From contig JBDRZD010000038.1 in the NCBI GenBank assembly GCA_039803745.1, forward strand, positions 1-17,843: a DNA stretch of 17,843 bases. The letters run 5' to 3'. A model generated the notes under the pieces. It was not told where the DNA came from, ran no database searches, and saw nothing but the letters and a program-made list of their open reading frames with translations. Each line of letters opens with the position of its first letter. The first letter of the stretch is position 1. Position numbers and translations under genes: made by a program. This document shows positions 1 through 8,369 of the stretch, one piece after another. Source of the DNA: a candidate division WOR-3 bacterium. Lineage in GTDB: Bacteria > Hydrothermota > Hydrothermia > Hydrothermales > Hydrothermaceae.

Positions 1-600
1 GGAAAAACGGTTACAGCAATAAGACTTGCACAAAAACTTGGTTATAAACCAGTAGAGACAGGTGCTATTTTCAGAGCAATTGTTTTTTATATTTTAAGAG
101 AAAAAATAAATTTTGAAGATAAGGAGAATTTGAAAAAGGTCTTAGAAAAGATATATATTAAACAGGAATTTAAAAATGGTCAAATTAAAACTTTTTTAAA
201 TGGTGAGGATATAACAGATAAATTAAGGGAAAAAGAAGTTGAAGAGAAAGTTTCTCTTATTTCAAAAATAAAAGAAGTAAGGGAAAAAGTTTATGAGATT
301 GAGAAAGAACTTGCAAAAGATGGTGGAATCGTTATGGAGGGAAGAGATATAGGAACCGTTGTTTTGCCTGATGCAGAAGTTAAAATATTTCTTGATGCTG
401 ATAAAAGTGTAAGGGCAAAAAGAAGAGGGAAAGGTATTGAAGAAATTGAAGCAAGGGATAAAGAAGATAAGGAAAGGGAGATTGCTCCTTTAAAGATTGC
501 TGATGATGCAATATATATTGATACTACAAATTTAACAATTGAAGAGCAGGTTAATAAAATTTACGAGATTGTGTTAAATAAGATAAAAAATGAGACCTAA
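1..600 (+). CDS. cmk: Cytidylate kinase, 5'-truncated by the window edge
   Basis: Frame 1 is open from base 1 (GKTVTAIRLAQKLGYKPVETGAIFRAI), giving the end of the P-loop and a D/E-TGA-x-Y/F-R motif. Also MEGRDIGTVVLPDAEVKIFLDA, REIAPL and IDTTNLTIEE. The ORF-track start at 130 is internal. Synteny with plsC-rpsA is typical. Confidence 0.96.
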   Translation, partial: GKTVTAIRLAQKLGYKPVETGAIFRAIVFYILREKINFEDKENLKKVLEKIYIKQEFKNGQIKTFLNGEDITDKLREKEVEEKVSLISKIKEVREKVYEIEKELAKDGGIVMEGRDIGTVVLPDAEVKIFLDADKSVRAKRRGKGIEEIEARDKEDKEREIAPLKIADDAIYIDTTNLTIEEQVNKIYEIVLNKIKNET

Positions 601-1198
601 ATGGTTTATACCCTGGGTAATTCTTAATTTCCTTGCAAAAATAATTATAAATGTTAAAATATATGGAAGAGAAAAAATTCCGAAAAAAGGCAAATTAATA
701 ATAGCACCAAATCATACTTCTTCCTGGGACCCCCCTCTAATAGGACTTGCTGCAAATAGAGAAGTATTTTATCTTGCAAAAGAGGGACTTTTTAAAGTAA
801 ATAAATTTTTTTCATGGCTTATAAGAACTTATAATGCTATACCCCTTAAAAGGGAAATCGGAGGAATAGGTGCTATTAAAAAGGCAAAAGAACTTTTAGA
901 AAAAAATCTATGTGTTTGTATTTTCCCTGAAGGAACAAGAAGCAAAACTGGTGAACTTTTGCCATTTAAAAATGGGGTTGCCCTTCTTTCTATGAAAACA
1001 AATTCTCCTGTGGTTCCTGCTTACATAATGGGTGCAAGGGACGGTTTTTTAAAATGGCTTTTAAGAAAAAAGAAACTTATAATTGCTTTTGGCGAACCTC
1101 TATACCCAGATAAATTAAATAAAAAAAATTTAAATGAATTTACAGAAATTTTAAAAAAAAATATTTTAAAAATAAAAGAATTTGTTGAAAAAAAATGA
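590..1198 (+). CDS. plsC: 1-acyl-sn-glycerol-3-phosphate acyltransferase
   Basis: NHTSSWD (HX4D), YLAKEGLF, FPEGTRS and PVVP motifs; lies between cmk and rpsA. Confidence 0.93.
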   Translation: MRPKWFIPWVILNFLAKIIINVKIYGREKIPKKGKLIIAPNHTSSWDPPLIGLAANREVFYLAKEGLFKVNKFFSWLIRTYNAIPLKREIGGIGAIKKAKELLEKNLCVCIFPEGTRSKTGELLPFKNGVALLSMKTNSPVVPAYIMGARDGFLKWLLRKKKLIIAFGEPLYPDKLNKKNLNEFTEILKKNILKIKEFVEKK

Positions 1199-1213
1199 GG
1201 GAGGTTTTTGAAA

Positions 1214-2905
1214 ATGGAAGGAATGAAAGGGATGGATGAATATTTTGATGTTTCTCTAAGGCAGATAAAGGAGGGTGACATAATTGAAGGCAGGATTTTA
1301 AAAATAACCGAGAGAGAAGTTTTTATAGATATCGGGGCTAAATCAGAGGGCATATGCCCATTGAGTGAATTTAAAAATCCGGAAGAAATAAAAAAGGGGT
1401 CTTCTGTTTATGTATATGTTGAAGAAGTTGAAGGAGAAGATGGTTTCATAATCCTCTCAAAACACAAGGCAGAATTCATTCTTGCATGGGATAAAATCAA
1501 AGCCATTTACGATGAGAATAGAACTATAAATGTTAAGGTTATAAAAAAAGTTAAAGGTGGGCTTGTAGTGGATGTCTTTGGAGTCGATGCTTTTCTTCCC
1601 GGTTCACAGATAGATTTAAAACTTGTGAAGAATTTCTCCCAGTGGGTTGGGAAAGAGATTCCTGTTAAAATAATTAAAATAAATAAACTGAGGAAAAATA
1701 TAGTGGTTTCAAGGAAAGCAGCAATTGAGGAAGAAATAGCAAAGAAAAGGGAGAGGATTGAAAGAGAGTTCAAGATTGGTGATATAGTGGAAGCTGAGAT
1801 AAGAAATCTAACAAATTCGGCAGTTTTTGTTGATGTGAACGGGATAGACGGGATAGTATCAGTTCAGGAACTCTCAAGCAGAAAAATAAAACATCCAAAG
1901 GAAGTTGTAAGCATTGGCGAAAAAATGAAATTTAAGATTATAGGTATTGATTTAGAAAATCTCACTCTTCATCTTTCCTTAAAAGCCCTTTTACCATCTA
2001 TATGGGAAGAACTTGAAAAGAAATATCCTCTTGGTGAAAGGGTTAGAGGTAAAGTTAAAAAAATTCTTGATTATGGGATTCTTGTTGAACTTGAACCTGA
2101 AATAGTAGGCTTTGTTCACCTTTCAGAAATGTCATGGAAGAAAAGTATAAAACATCCTTCTGAAATTGTGAAGGAAGGAATGTATGTGGATGCAATAGTT
2201 CTTGATATTGATAAAGAAAAGGGAAAAATTTCACTTGGTATGAAACAGACCCAGCCTGATCCATGGAGTGCAGTAGAAGAGAATTTCCCTGTTGGTAGTG
2301 TTGTAAGAGGGATTGTAAAAGGTTTTGATAATTTTGGAGCCTTTGTGGAATTAGAAGAAGGTATTGAAGGTTATCTTCATATTGCTGATATTTCGTGGAC
2401 AAGGAGATTTCATAAACCCGAAGAGGCTTTAAAAATAGGGCAAAAGCTAAAATTAAAAGTTATAGAGGTTGATAGAAAAAATAGGATACTTTACCTTTCA
2501 TTAAAACATTTAAGACCTGATCCATGGGAAGAGATTAAGAAAAGGCTTTCTCTTGTTGGCTCTATCAAAGCTCCCATAACAGAAATAACATCAAGGGGGA
2601 TTGTTGTGGAAGTTGATAAAGGGCTTGAAGGTTTTGTTCCTGCAAACCATCTTTCAAGAAAAGGTAATTTAAACGAAATATATAAGATAGGGGAAGAGAT
2701 AAATCTTAAAGTAATGAAGGTAGAGCCACAGAAGAAGAGGATTTTGCTTTCGGAAAAGGAATATGAAAAACTCATGGAGAAAAAGGAGATTGAGAAATTC
2801 ATTAAGAAAACTGAAGAACCCGTAAGGATTCAGCTCGGAGAAATTTTGAGGGGTGAGTTAGAAAAACTATTTAATATAGAAGAAGAAAGTGAAAAAGAAT
2901 CTTAA
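1214..2905 (+). CDS. rpsA: 30S ribosomal protein S1 (six S1 domains)
   Basis: IDIGAKSEG, AFLPGSQID, NIVVSRK, GFVHLSEMSW, ISLGMKQ..PDPW and GYLHIADISW repeats. SD GGAGG at 1200-1204 fits ATG 1214 better than TTG 1208. Confidence 0.97.
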   Translation: MEGMKGMDEYFDVSLRQIKEGDIIEGRILKITEREVFIDIGAKSEGICPLSEFKNPEEIKKGSSVYVYVEEVEGEDGFIILSKHKAEFILAWDKIKAIYDENRTINVKVIKKVKGGLVVDVFGVDAFLPGSQIDLKLVKNFSQWVGKEIPVKIIKINKLRKNIVVSRKAAIEEEIAKKRERIEREFKIGDIVEAEIRNLTNSAVFVDVNGIDGIVSVQELSSRKIKHPKEVVSIGEKMKFKIIGIDLENLTLHLSLKALLPSIWEELEKKYPLGERVRGKVKKILDYGILVELEPEIVGFVHLSEMSWKKSIKHPSEIVKEGMYVDAIVLDIDKEKGKISLGMKQTQPDPWSAVEENFPVGSVVRGIVKGFDNFGAFVELEEGIEGYLHIADISWTRRFHKPEEALKIGQKLKLKVIEVDRKNRILYLSLKHLRPDPWEEIKKRLSLVGSIKAPITEITSRGIVVEVDKGLEGFVPANHLSRKGNLNEIYKIGEEINLKVMKVEPQKKRILLSEKEYEKLMEKKEIEKFIKKTEEPVRIQLGEILRGELEKLFNIEEESEKES

Positions 2906-2960
2906 ATCTAAGTAATGAGTCTGGCTTACAGTAAAATCAGGTTTATCAAATCCAAAAGGG

Positions 2961-4190
2961 GTGAATGTGAAAAATAATTTAAAATTTAAAATAATAACAC
3001 AGGGTTGCAGAACAAATATATACGAATCAGAGATTTTAAGAAGTATTTTCTTAGAAAATGGATTAGTTGAATGTTTTGATGAGAATGAAGCAGACATTTT
3101 GATTCTTCATTCCTGCTGTGTTACCCATAAGGCTGAAAGGGATGCAAGGAAAATAATTTCAAGATTTTTTAAGAATGAAAGAGCATTAAAAATTTTAACG
3201 GGATGTTATTCAAAAATAATTAAAGAAAACGGTTTTAATGGAAAATTAAAATTGATTCATAATTATGAGGATATTCCTCCTTTTATTGGAATTCAAAATA
3301 GTAAAATAGAAAGACTTCATTTAAAGCATAAAAGATTCTTTTTAAAGATTCAAGAGGGTTGCGATTTTAAATGTTCCTATTGTATAATTCCCTATGTAAG
3401 GGGAAGATCAAGGTCAAGAAATCCTGATGATATATTTTGTGAATTTGAAAAATCTTTAAATCTCGGTGTAAAAGAATTTGTAATTTCAGGAACTCAGATT
3501 GGTGAATATGGTAAGGAATTTAAAAAGGATATTGTATGGCTTATTGAAAACTTAACTAAATGGAATTTTAATTATAGAATAAGACTTTCCTCAATTGAAA
3601 TAGTTTATGTAAATGAAGGGTTAATTTCTCTTTTAAAAAATCCAAAAATTTGCAAACATTTACATATTCCGCTTCAATCTGGCTCTGATAAGATCCTTAG
3701 AGAAATGAAAAGACCCTATAATACTTCTTTATTTAGAAGGAAAATAAACATGATAAGGGAAGAAATAAAAGATCTGTGTCTTGGAACAGATATAATAGCA
3801 GGTTTCCCCGGTGAGGAGGATGATGATTTTTTAAAGACATTAGAATTTATTGAGGAAATAAATTTCTCATATCTTCATGTTTTTAGTTTTTCAAAAAGAC
3901 CATTTACAGATTTAGAAGATAAAAAAGAAATTAAAAGTGATATAAAAAAAGAAAGGGTAAAAAGGCTCATTCTTCTTGGTGATAGATTAAGGGATAATTT
4001 CTTAAAAAATTTAATAGGGAAAAAGCTAAGGGTGTTACCAGAGAAAATTGAAAATGGATTTATAAAAGGGCTTTCTGATGAATATGCAAGAGTTTATTAT
4101 AAGGGTGATTTAATGAATGAATTTGTTTATTTAAAGGCAAAGGAAATTTTTAAGAATGGAATAAAAGGAGAAATTTTATGTCCCTCTTAG
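2961..4190 (+). CDS. mtaB: Radical SAM methylthiotransferase, MtaB-like (tRNA t6A37 C2-methylthiotransferase)
   Basis: N-terminal cysteines TQGCRTNIYES, HSCCVT and TGCYS; KIQEGCDFKCSYCIIPYVRG (CxxxCxxC); RIRLSSIE, HLHIPLQSGSD, TDIIAGFPGE, LHVFSFSKR. The start may instead be GTG 2967. Confidence 0.88.
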   Translation: MNVKNNLKFKIITQGCRTNIYESEILRSIFLENGLVECFDENEADILILHSCCVTHKAERDARKIISRFFKNERALKILTGCYSKIIKENGFNGKLKLIHNYEDIPPFIGIQNSKIERLHLKHKRFFLKIQEGCDFKCSYCIIPYVRGRSRSRNPDDIFCEFEKSLNLGVKEFVISGTQIGEYGKEFKKDIVWLIENLTKWNFNYRIRLSSIEIVYVNEGLISLLKNPKICKHLHIPLQSGSDKILREMKRPYNTSLFRRKINMIREEIKDLCLGTDIIAGFPGEEDDDFLKTLEFIEEINFSYLHVFSFSKRPFTDLEDKKEIKSDIKKERVKRLILLGDRLRDNFLKNLIGKKLRVLPEKIENGFIKGLSDEYARVYYKGDLMNEFVYLKAKEIFKNGIKGEILCPS

Positions 4191-4444
4191 AAAAAATAAA
4201 AAGGGAGAATGAAAAGAAAAAAAGTGTTCTTGCAAAATGGCTTTTACCACAAGAAGTAAAGAAAAAAGAGGACATTCTTATATTTGAAGAGGGGAGAGGC
4301 TCTTTTGAAATGGAATTTGAAAAAAGGGAAACAGAGGAGGATGAAAAGGAAAAATATAAGAAGCTTATCTTATCATTTCTCAATCTAAAAGCATATGATG
4401 AAGCGATAAAAATAATAGAGGAAATGAAAGAAAAGGGGATTTGA
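4178..4444 (+). CDS. Small highly charged hypothetical protein (88 aa)
   Basis: Good SD (AAAGGAG, 7 nt before the ATG); overlaps the mtaB end and the xerD start (TTGA); host-like codon usage; no family recognised. Confidence 0.75.
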   Translation: MSLLEKIKRENEKKKSVLAKWLLPQEVKKKEDILIFEEGRGSFEMEFEKRETEEDEKEKYKKLILSFLNLKAYDEAIKIIEEMKEKGI

Positions 4445-5322
4445 ATAAAAAGGTAAAAGATTTTCTCAATTACTTACTTTTAGAAAGGGGTTTTTCAATA
4501 AATACAATTGAAAATTATGAAAGGGATTTAAAAAAATTTTTTGAGTTTCTTGAAGAAAATAATATAAATTTTGAAAATATAAGTGTTCAAGATATTACAA
4601 ATTTCCTTGAGTATTTAAGGTCAAAAAAATATGATTCTTCCACAATAGAAAGGGTTTCTTCCTGTTTAAGGAGTTTCTTCAAATATCTTGTATGGGCATT
4701 GGAATGGGAAAAAAATCCAGCCGATTTTATCGAATTGCCAAAAAAGAAAAAAAGATTACCTGAATTTTTAACAAAAGAAGAAGTTTTTAATCTTCTTGGA
4801 ATTATAAAACCAGAAACACCCCTTAAAATAAGGGATAGAGCCCTTCTTGAATTTGCCTATGCAACAGGTGCAAGAGTCTCGGAGATTATTAATTTAAAAA
4901 TAAAAGATATACTTTTTGATGAAGGATTTGTAAGAATAGTAGGTAAGGGAAATAAGGAGAGAATAGTTCCTTTAACAAAAATTTCTCTTGATTATTTAAA
5001 ACTTTATCTTTTAAAAGCAAGACAAAAACTTAAAAAAAGTGAAAATGGTTTTGTTTTTTTAAACAAAAATGGAGCTCCTCTTTCAAGGGTTGGATTCTGG
5101 AAAATTTTAAAGAATTATGGAAAAATTGCGGGAATCAAAAAAATATATCCCCATATTCTGAGGCATTCCTTTGCTACTCACATGCTCGAGGGCGGATGCG
5201 ATTTAAGAACATTACAGATAATTTTAGGACATGCTTCTCTTACAACAACCCAGATTTATACCCATATTGAAATCTCTCATTTAAAAGAAACAGTTAAAAA
5301 ATGTCATCCGAGATCCTTCTGA
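4441..5322 (+). CDS. xerD: Tyrosine recombinase, XerD/XerC family
   Basis: ERGFSINTIENYERDL, RDRALLEFAYATGARVSE, GKGNKERIVP, PHILRHSFATHMLEGGCDLR, LGHASLTTTQIYTH and terminal HPR; catalytic R-K-H-R-H-Y set intact. Confidence 0.9.
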   Translation: MNKKVKDFLNYLLLERGFSINTIENYERDLKKFFEFLEENNINFENISVQDITNFLEYLRSKKYDSSTIERVSSCLRSFFKYLVWALEWEKNPADFIELPKKKKRLPEFLTKEEVFNLLGIIKPETPLKIRDRALLEFAYATGARVSEIINLKIKDILFDEGFVRIVGKGNKERIVPLTKISLDYLKLYLLKARQKLKKSENGFVFLNKNGAPLSRVGFWKILKNYGKIAGIKKIYPHILRHSFATHMLEGGCDLRTLQIILGHASLTTTQIYTHIEISHLKETVKKCHPRSF

Positions 5323-6479
5323 ATGATCCTGTAATTTCTTTTTTTAGAGAAAAGGCAAAAGAGTTAAATATAAAATTATTTATTGTGGGTGGAATTCCAA
5401 GAGATATTATAATGGGAAACTTTTATTTTAAGGATTACGATTTTGTTATTTTTTCTGATCCTTTAAAGATTGCAAAGGAATTTAAAAAAGATTTCAATTC
5501 AAAGATAGCCTATTATTCCTCTTTCAAAACTGTAGAGATATTATTTGAAGATAAAAGTATTGATATAAGCATGGCAAGAAAGGAATTTTATCCATATCCT
5601 GCCTCTTTACCAGAGGTATTCCCTGTATATGACATTAATGAGGATCTTTCAAGAAGGGATTTTACAATTAATTCAATTGCAATAGAGATATTTCCTGAAT
5701 TTGGGAAAACTTATGACCCCTTTAAAGGGATAGAAGATATTAAAAATAAAAAGATAAGGATTTTGAAAGAGGGGAGTTTTTATGAAGATCCGACAAGGGC
5801 TTTCAGGGCAATAAGATATAAAAACAGGTTTGATTTTAATTATACAGAAGAAACTATTTTTGAATTTGAAAATTATAAAAATTCAGTAAAAAATTTAAAA
5901 TTTCCGAGGATTAAAAAGGAATTAGAAATTATTTCAGAGGAGAAAGAAAGAGAGAAAATGTGGAAAGAAATCGCGCAAAGGGATTTACTTTATTTTTTTG
6001 ATGAAAATTTGAAATTAAGGGAAGATAAGATAAAAGAGCTTTCCAAGATTTTGTCCTTTGATAAAAGTTCATGGATTTGCTTCTTTTATTTATTTTTTAA
6101 AGAGACCCCCTCAATAAAGAGTTTTCTATCTTTTTATGAGAGAAGAGTTATTGATGAGATTGAAAAAGGTAAAAAACTCCTTGAAAAAGAGAAAGATGTT
6201 TTTAAACTTCATCATTTTTTCAAAAAATTTGATATTTTATCTTTGAAATTTTTGAGTTTGATAAGGGAGGATATAAATATTTATATTGAAAGAAGGGGGA
6301 AAATTAAAAAAATTTTGAGTGGCGAGGATATTATTTCTCTTGGTATTAAAAGAGAACTTGTTGAAAAAGTTAAAGAGATTATAGAGACAAAACAGATGGA
6401 AGGTGTTATAAACACAAAGGAAGATGCAATAAAATATATTAAGGAGAATAAAGATGAGATACAGGGTGCCGCTTTTTGA
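5301..6479 (+). CDS. cca: Class II tRNA nucleotidyltransferase (CCA- or A-adding type)
   Basis: VGGIPRD..DYD (motif A), EDLSRRDFTINSIA (motif B), DPFKGIEDI and SFYEDPTRAFRAIRY (EDxxR), C-terminal LSGEDIISLG. Confidence 0.9.
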   Translation: MSSEILLNDPVISFFREKAKELNIKLFIVGGIPRDIIMGNFYFKDYDFVIFSDPLKIAKEFKKDFNSKIAYYSSFKTVEILFEDKSIDISMARKEFYPYPASLPEVFPVYDINEDLSRRDFTINSIAIEIFPEFGKTYDPFKGIEDIKNKKIRILKEGSFYEDPTRAFRAIRYKNRFDFNYTEETIFEFENYKNSVKNLKFPRIKKELEIISEEKEREKMWKEIAQRDLLYFFDENLKLREDKIKELSKILSFDKSSWICFFYLFFKETPSIKSFLSFYERRVIDEIEKGKKLLEKEKDVFKLHHFFKKFDILSLKFLSLIREDINIYIERRGKIKKILSGEDIISLGIKRELVEKVKEIIETKQMEGVINTKEDAIKYIKENKDEIQGAAF

Positions 6480-7566
6480 CCTTTATATAAAAGAAAAAGA
6501 GGTAAAAAAAATTGTGAAGGTTTTAAAAAGGGGATGGCTTACTTTTGGAGAAGAATGTATAAAATTTGAAGAGGAATTTAAAAGAATTTTAGGTTCAAAA
6601 TATTCATTATTTGTTTCTTCAGCAACAGCAGGTCTTCACCTTGTTTATAAAGTTTTATTTAATAAAGATGATGAAGTTCTTGTTCCTTCCTTTACTTTTA
6701 TTTCAACAGTTACTCCACTTTTACATATAGGGGCACACCCTGTTTTTGTTGATATTGAATCAATAGATTTTCCTTTATTATCTATAAAGGATGCAGAGAA
6801 GAAAATTACTAAAAAAACAAGAGGTCTTGTCTATATGCATTATGCAGGCTATTTGAGAAATATGAAAGAAGTTGTTGAATTTTGTAAAGAAAACAATTTA
6901 ATTCTTATTGAAGATTCTGCTCATTCCCTTTTTGTTAAAAATGAAAAATATGCAGGAACATTTGGAAAAGCAGGGGTTTTCTCGTTTTTTTCAAATAAAA
7001 ATTTACCAATCGGAGAAGGTGGGATGGTGGTTACAGATTATAAAAAAATCTATGAAAAATTGAAACTTTTAAGATCCCATGGAATGACAAAAGATACAAT
7101 TGAGAGGTTTAAAAAAGGGTTTTTGTATGATGTTGTGGAAATTGGTTTTAATTATAGACCAACAGAGATACAAGGAGCACTTGCAAGAGAAATTTTAAAA
7201 AGAGTTTTTAAGGATAATAGAAAAAGGGAAAGGATAGTGAAAAAATACAGGAAGGAATTATCAAAATTTCTGAGAATACCCTTTGATGAAAAAACCCCTT
7301 CTTCCCACTATATATTTCCTGTTTTTTGTAAAGATAAAAAAGAAAGGGATGAATTAAAAGAGTTTTTATTTAAAAATAAAATTCAAACTTCCATTCATTA
7401 TATACCGGTTCACAAATTTAAGGTATTTAGAGAAATTAAACCAAAAATTGATTTGCCTGTTACAGAAGAAGCAGGTGACAGGGAATTAACCTTACCTTTG
7501 TATCCGTCAATGAAAAAAGAAGATGTTGATTATGTTATTGAAAAAGTAAAGAAATTTTTTACTTAA
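6454..7566 (+). CDS. DegT/DnrJ/EryC1/StrS-family PLP-dependent NDP-sugar aminotransferase
   Basis: SSATAGLHL, EVLVPSFTFIST, IEDSAH (PLP Asp), FSFFSNKNL (PLP Lys), GEGGM, GFNYR, LTLPLYP; SD AAGGAG at 6441-6446. Confidence 0.93.
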   Translation: MRYRVPLFDLYIKEKEVKKIVKVLKRGWLTFGEECIKFEEEFKRILGSKYSLFVSSATAGLHLVYKVLFNKDDEVLVPSFTFISTVTPLLHIGAHPVFVDIESIDFPLLSIKDAEKKITKKTRGLVYMHYAGYLRNMKEVVEFCKENNLILIEDSAHSLFVKNEKYAGTFGKAGVFSFFSNKNLPIGEGGMVVTDYKKIYEKLKLLRSHGMTKDTIERFKKGFLYDVVEIGFNYRPTEIQGALAREILKRVFKDNRKRERIVKKYRKELSKFLRIPFDEKTPSSHYIFPVFCKDKKERDELKEFLFKNKIQTSIHYIPVHKFKVFREIKPKIDLPVTEEAGDRELTLPLYPSMKKEDVDYVIEKVKKFFT

Positions 7567-7568
7567 AT

Positions 7569-8369
7569 TTAATAGATATGCCTTTCATCAGGATATTTCC
7601 CTTCAATTACCTCTTTTTTATACTCTGATAATGCCTTTTCTATTATTTCTCTTAAATTTAGATAATTTTTTACAAATTTTGGATAAGGAGAAGGTGTAAG
7701 GCCAAGAATATCATAAACAACAAGTATCTGTCCATCACAGTATCTTCCTGCGCCTATTCCAATTGTTGGAATTTTAACATTTTCTGTAATTTCCTTTGCT
7801 AAATCTTCATATATTCCCTCAAGAACAATTGCAAAAACTCCGATTTCTTCAAGACATTTTGCATCCTCTAAAAGTTTTTTTCTTTCCTCTTCCTTTTTAC
7901 CCTTTACTTTAAATCCTCCAAAAGATAAATAAAATTGGGGTGTTAGTCCTATATGACCTAAAACAGGTATTCCAGATTTTATTATAAATTCAATTGTTTC
8001 TTTAAATTCTTTCCCTCCTTCAATTTTAACTGCATCCATATACCCTTCTCTTATAAATCTTGAAGCATTTTCTAAAGCCTTTTCCTTTGAAATCTGATAA
8101 CTCATAAATGGCATATCACCAACAAGGAGTGCTCTTTTTGCCTTTTTTGAAACTGCTTTTGCAAAGATTATCATTTCATCCATTGAAACCCTTAAAGTAT
8201 CTTCATTACCAAGAAGTGTGTTTGAAACAGAATCTCCAACAAGTATTATATCAAAACCTATTTTATCTTCTATTTCTGCAATTAATGCATCATAGGCAGT
8301 AATTGCCACAATTTTTTCTTTACCCTTTTTCTTTATTATATCATTTACAGTTATTTTATTTTCTTTCAA
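7569..8369 (-). CDS. panB: 3-methyl-2-oxobutanoate hydroxymethyltransferase
   Basis: ITAYD, ILVGDS, GDMPFMSY, VKIEGG, GHIGLTPQ, PTIGIGAG..CDGQILV..DILG, PKFVK. TTG start overlaps the ruvB stop (TTGA). Confidence 0.97.
   Translation of the reverse strand: MKENKITVNDIIKKKGKEKIVAITAYDALIAEIEDKIGFDIILVGDSVSNTLLGNEDTLRVSMDEMIIFAKAVSKKAKRALLVGDMPFMSYQISKEKALENASRFIREGYMDAVKIEGGKEFKETIEFIIKSGIPVLGHIGLTPQFYLSFGGFKVKGKKEEERKKLLEDAKCLEEIGVFAIVLEGIYEDLAKEITENVKIPTIGIGAGRYCDGQILVVYDILGLTPSPYPKFVKNYLNLREIIEKALSEYKKEVIEGKYPDERHIY

Noticed and set aside
1214..2905. Repeated CCTGATCCATGG / PDPW segments as a repeat element
   Set aside because: These are the ordinary internal S1-domain repeats of RpsA.
1021..3097. 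Minus-strand ORFs 1021-1353, 1507-1773, 2055-2402, 2491-2802, 2867-3097
   Set aside because: Antisense shadows of plsC, rpsA and mtaB; Phe/Ser/Ile-rich as expected from reverse-complemented Lys/Glu codons; no motifs.
4441..5322. Tyrosine recombinase as the integrase of a prophage or island
   Set aside because: It has Xer-type length and motifs, overlaps housekeeping genes, and has no att repeats, tRNA or phage genes nearby.
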